Assembly (NCBI GenBank): GCA_002719295.1 | Contig: PBHC01000018.1 | Coordinates: 1-41,656 of the forward strand | Direction of reading: 5' to 3' | DNA length: 41,656 bases | Origin: Chloroflexota bacterium | Lineage (GTDB): Bacteria > Chloroflexota > Dehalococcoidia > Lucifugimonadales > Lucifugimonadaceae | Shown: in pieces, positions 38,412-41,656 of the stretch | How positions within the stretch are numbered: the first letter of the stretch is position 1 | How the letters are laid out: each line of letters starts with the position of its first letter | Position numbers and translations under genes: made by a program | Notes under the pieces: model-generated | Databases searched by the model: none | The model's input: only the letters and a program-made list of their open reading frames with translations | What the model was told of the DNA's origin: nothing

Positions 38412-39663
38412 ATTTATTTTATTTTTTTCTATATTATTTCTGTTTTCAAACCCAATGATTTTAAGTGCAGATTCTGATTCTGATTTAGAAGTATTAACAA
38501 TTAGGGCAGATGTAGATTTTCCAAATAAAATAACCTTTATTTTTGAAGGTATTACCGAAAAGAAAATACAAGATATAAAAGTCAATTTTAAGACAGGGGA
38601 CAGAAAGTCTTTGCAATATGGTTATATGGACTTTAAAACATCTGAAGATAAAAAAGTAACAGCGTATATGGATTTTAGAATAAGCAACCAAGGAGGATAT
38701 ATACCTCCAGGTTCACATATCGATTGGCATGTTGTTATTTATTTTGATGATGGAACACAATATATTTCAGAAGATAATGATTTCATAATGTTAGATACTA
38801 GATTTGATGATTGGGAATTTGTTGAAGGTGATTTTATGAGGGTCTATTATAGATTTTCAAAAAGTAGGGCTGAAAAACTTTTGTCTGAGTGTGAACAACT
38901 AATGCTAGACATGGCCCCTATAATTGATAAATCTAGTAGCTCAGAATTTAAAAAAATTAATATGACTCTATATAATAATTATTCTGAAATGCTTGAAGCA
39001 ATTCAGTCAAAGTCTAAAACATCTGATCGAGAACTTATAACTGCAGGGCAGGCGTTTGATGAGTCTAGTGTAGTTATTGTGTTAGCTGGTAAAAATGATA
39101 TTGGAACTTCCACTCATGAAATAATGCACATATTAATAGGAAGAAAAACAGATGGCTCCATAAATCTTCCTTTATGGCTAAATGAAGGACTTGCTGAGTA
39201 TGCTAATAGAGATAAAACGGTTAGCTATGATTTATATCTTGAATGGGCTATAGGAACAAATCAGTTAAAACCATTAAGCCAATTGAGATCATTTCCTGGG
39301 GACCCAAAACTTACACTTGTAGCCTATGGTCAATCTAGAAGTGTTATAAATTATATGATTGAAAATTTTGGACAAGAAAAAATGAATTTATTATTAACAA
39401 ACATATCTGAAGGAAAAACTTTAGATGAAGCAATGGAAAATTCATATGGTTTTGATACTCAAGAATTAGACTCACAATGGAGAAAAAGCATAGGTGCTGG
39501 CCCATATAATCCAAGACAAAATGAAACTATCACTGTGAAGAAAATCAATCCAGTTATTGATGGTTCGTGTAGATCTAGCAATCTTCTAGTTTTATCTTTA
39601 GGAATGCTATTTTTGGTTTATATATCATCTGTTAGCTTATTTACGCTATTTGATAGAAGATAA
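38398..39663 (+). CDS. Secreted gluzincin (peptidase MA-like) with C-terminal membrane anchor
   Basis: Signal peptide; HEIMH followed by PLWLNEGLAEY; AYGQS; tail DGSC..LLVLSLGMLFLVYI..DRR. Confidence 0.87.
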   Translation: MLKTKFILFFSILFLFSNPMILSADSDSDLEVLTIRADVDFPNKITFIFEGITEKKIQDIKVNFKTGDRKSLQYGYMDFKTSEDKKVTAYMDFRISNQGGYIPPGSHIDWHVVIYFDDGTQYISEDNDFIMLDTRFDDWEFVEGDFMRVYYRFSKSRAEKLLSECEQLMLDMAPIIDKSSSSEFKKINMTLYNNYSEMLEAIQSKSKTSDRELITAGQAFDESSVVIVLAGKNDIGTSTHEIMHILIGRKTDGSINLPLWLNEGLAEYANRDKTVSYDLYLEWAIGTNQLKPLSQLRSFPGDPKLTLVAYGQSRSVINYMIENFGQEKMNLLLTNISEGKTLDEAMENSYGFDTQELDSQWRKSIGAGPYNPRQNETITVKKINPVIDGSCRSSNLLVLSLGMLFLVYISSVSLFTLFDRR

Positions 39664-39693
39664 ATTGCGAAATTCGTAAAAAAATATATTGAT

Positions 39694-39743
39694 TTTACAT
39701 TTTAGAAACAATTAATTAACACAATATAAACAATTTTGTAACA
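39694..39743 (+). promoter_or_regulatory. Array of five 11-bp-periodic direct repeats resembling OmpR-family GlnR boxes
   Basis: TTTAC-n6-GAAAC-n6-TTAAC-n6-TAAAC-n6-GTAAC at 39694, 39705, 39716, 39727, 39738, upstream of amtB. Confidence 0.7.
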
Positions 39744-39803
39744 GGAAAAAAATATTTCTAAACTATATTTCTAACTAAATATTTAAAAATTTCAGGAGGA
39801 GAT

Positions 39804-41030
39804 ATGGATACGGGACATACTGCATGGATGCTTACTGCGTCTGCTTTAGTATTTTTTATGACCCCCGGATTAGCTTTCTTTTATGGAGGGTTAGTTAGGG
39901 CAAAAAGTCTAGTTAATACTATAATGCTTAGTTTTATTACAATAGGAGTTGTGACAGTTGTATGGACACTTTGGGGGTATAGTTTAGCTTATGGAACAGG
40001 AGAATTGATTCCAAGCTTTGTAGCTGATTTTTCATTATTTGGTCTGAATGGAGTGAATATGTTTTCTGCTGAAGGAGATTCGATTAGCCCATTATATGAT
40101 GTATTATTTCAAATGATGTTTGCAATAATAACTCCTGCGCTGATTACAGGAGCTTTTGCTGAAAGGTTTAAGTTTTCAACTTATCTTATTTTTACAGTAA
40201 TCTGGATAACAATAGTTTATGCGCCTGTAGCTCACTGGGTTTGGGGTGGAGGTTGGATTGGTGCAGATGGAGCAGGAGCACTAGACTTTGCAGGAGGAAC
40301 TGTTATACATATCAATGCAGGAGCAGCAGCTGTAGCAGCGGCTATTTTGGTCGGTAAAAGAAGGAATCCAGGATTGCAACCCAATAATGTTCCTTACGTA
40401 ATATTAGGAGCATCTATGCTTTGGTTTGGATGGTTCGGGTTTAATGGAGGATCTGCTTTAGCTGCGGATGATTATGCTGTTAATGCTATGTTAGTGACAC
40501 AAATTGCAGCCGGTACAGCAGCTACTGTTTGGGGAATCATAGGAATGATAACAACAGGAAAAATTAGTGGAGTTGGAGTTGCTACTGGAGCTGTAGCAGG
40601 TTTAGTTGCTATCACTCCAGCTGCAGGAGCAGTAAATCCATTAGGAGCTCTTGCAATAGGATTAGGGGCAGGAGTTCTTTGTTACTATGCTGTTGAACTA
40701 ATTCATAAAACTAATTTAGATGATGCATTAGATGTATTTGCAGTACATGGAATTGGAGGAATTTGGGGATGTATAGCTACAGGAATCTTTGCTGTAGAAT
40801 CAATTGCTGGAGTTAAAGGTTTAATTGATGGAAGTTTTTCACAAGTTTGGATTCAAATCTACACTGCAGCAGGAACATTAGCTTACTCATTTATATTATC
40901 TTTTATAATACTATATGTTCTAGATAAAATACCTGGATTAGGATTAAGAGTAGAGACAGATGAAGAAGATCAAGGTTTGGATCTTTCAGCTCATGGGGAA
41001 CAAGCTTCTGTGAATGATGGAGCAAATTAA
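39804..41030 (+). CDS. amtB: Ammonium transporter
   Basis: FQMMFA, GAFAER, HWVWGGG, DFAGGTVIH, WFGWFGFN, DDALDVFAVHG; AGGAGG RBS. Confidence 0.98.
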   Translation: MDTGHTAWMLTASALVFFMTPGLAFFYGGLVRAKSLVNTIMLSFITIGVVTVVWTLWGYSLAYGTGELIPSFVADFSLFGLNGVNMFSAEGDSISPLYDVLFQMMFAIITPALITGAFAERFKFSTYLIFTVIWITIVYAPVAHWVWGGGWIGADGAGALDFAGGTVIHINAGAAAVAAAILVGKRRNPGLQPNNVPYVILGASMLWFGWFGFNGGSALAADDYAVNAMLVTQIAAGTAATVWGIIGMITTGKISGVGVATGAVAGLVAITPAAGAVNPLGALAIGLGAGVLCYYAVELIHKTNLDDALDVFAVHGIGGIWGCIATGIFAVESIAGVKGLIDGSFSQVWIQIYTAAGTLAYSFILSFIILYVLDKIPGLGLRVETDEEDQGLDLSAHGEQASVNDGAN

Positions 41031-41065
41031 AGTTTTATTAAATATAATTTATAAAGGAGGTAAAT

Positions 41066-41419
41066 ATGATTAGAATTGATGCAATCATAAAACCTGAGAG
41101 GGTTAATGTTGTTTTAGAAGCAATGGCAGAAGCTGGTTGTACAGGATTTACTTACAGTAACGTTACTGGAAGAGGTAATCAAGATGGAGTTGAAGTTTTT
41201 ACTGGAAGAGGTAGCTCAACTCAAAATAGATCTTCGGTTCCTAAAGTACTTGTGACTGCAGTGACAGAAAAATCAAATCAAAAGGCCGTAGTTGACGCAA
41301 TAATTTCTGCTGCTAGAACAAATGAAGAAGGACAAATCGGTGATGGAAAGATTTTTATTTCTGAAATATCTGAGGTAATCAGAGTAAGAACCGGTGAGTC
41401 AGGTAAAAACGCTATCTAG
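41066..41419 (+). CDS. glnK: P-II nitrogen regulatory protein (amt-linked, GlnK-type)
   Basis: AIIKP, GRGNQ, PKV, ART..GQIGDGKIFIS, IRVRTGESG; AGGAGGT RBS. Confidence 0.93.
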   Translation: MIRIDAIIKPERVNVVLEAMAEAGCTGFTYSNVTGRGNQDGVEVFTGRGSSTQNRSSVPKVLVTAVTEKSNQKAVVDAIISAARTNEEGQIGDGKIFISEISEVIRVRTGESGKNAI

Positions 41420-41433
41420 TTTTTTGAATAACG

Positions 41434-41473
41434 ATTCAAGCATGTTAAGTTTTCCTAGCATGCTTGAATTTTT
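41434..41473 (+). terminator. Intrinsic terminator of amtB-glnK
   Basis: ATTCAAGCATG / CATGCTTGAAT 11-bp stem followed by a T-run. Confidence 0.85.
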
Positions 41474-41557
41474 AATTTAATAAGATAACTGTAAACATAA
41501 TTACGTAATTAGTAATTAAATTTTATTTACTAATGTTAGAATTAAAGTTCCATACTA

Positions 41558-41634
41558 AGGAGCGTAGCTCAGTTGGCTAGAGCGCTGGTCTCCAAAACCA
41601 GAGGTCGGGGGTTCGACTCCTCCCGCTCCTGCCA
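41558..41634 (+). tRNA. tRNA-Trp(CCA)
   Basis: AGGAGCG/CGCTCCT acceptor stem, CTGGT-CTCCAAA-ACCAG anticodon arm, GGTTCGACTCC T-arm, CCA end. Confidence 0.97.
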
Positions 41635-41636
41635 CT

Positions 41637-41656
41637 GCCGGGGTGCTGAAATGGTA
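41637..41656 (+). tRNA. 5' part of a second tRNA, truncated by the window (probably tRNA-Leu)
   Basis: GCCGGGGTGCTGAAATGGTA begins 2 nt after tRNA-Trp and resembles a tRNA-Leu 5' acceptor and D arm; anticodon not visible. Confidence 0.6.

Noticed and set aside
21428..38691. Remaining short overlapping ORFs (21428, 24637, 30065, 30189, 31839, 34236, 37212, 38391, 38494)
   Set aside because: They overlap confidently assigned genes and show no recognisable motifs.

Overview
AT-rich, gene-dense bacterial chromosome segment. The gene content and protein style (GSTSWG-type GpsA, FDKPSLRT-type ArgF, ino1-pimA-pgsA cluster, archaeal-style surface proteins) suggest a streamlined Chloroflexota/Dehalococcoidia (SAR202-like) organism; this is inference, not a database result. 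Core genes: argS, gatCA, pyrG, rho, dnaJ-prmA-rsmE, gpsA-plsY-der-argF, prfB (programmed +1 frameshift), an Opp-type ABC transporter plus ggt, ino1, amtB-glnK and three tRNA genes. No mobile element or CRISPR array is supported. The unusual content is mostly cell-envelope related: (i) a >1600-aa minus-strand lipoprotein missed by the ORF track, with a split FecR-like domain and a very long Met/Gly/Pro/Ala repeat tail; (ii) a ~1409-aa S-layer-like protein with archaeal-type motifs behind a repeat-rich control region; (iii) two unrelated secreted proteins ending in G-x-C + hydrophobic segment + basic tail, a candidate C-terminal sorting signal, one of them in a phosphatidylinositol/PIM-like lipid operon. 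Also notable: five 11-bp-periodic GlnR-like boxes upstream of amtB-glnK and several proteins that have lost canonical metal or catalytic ligands.
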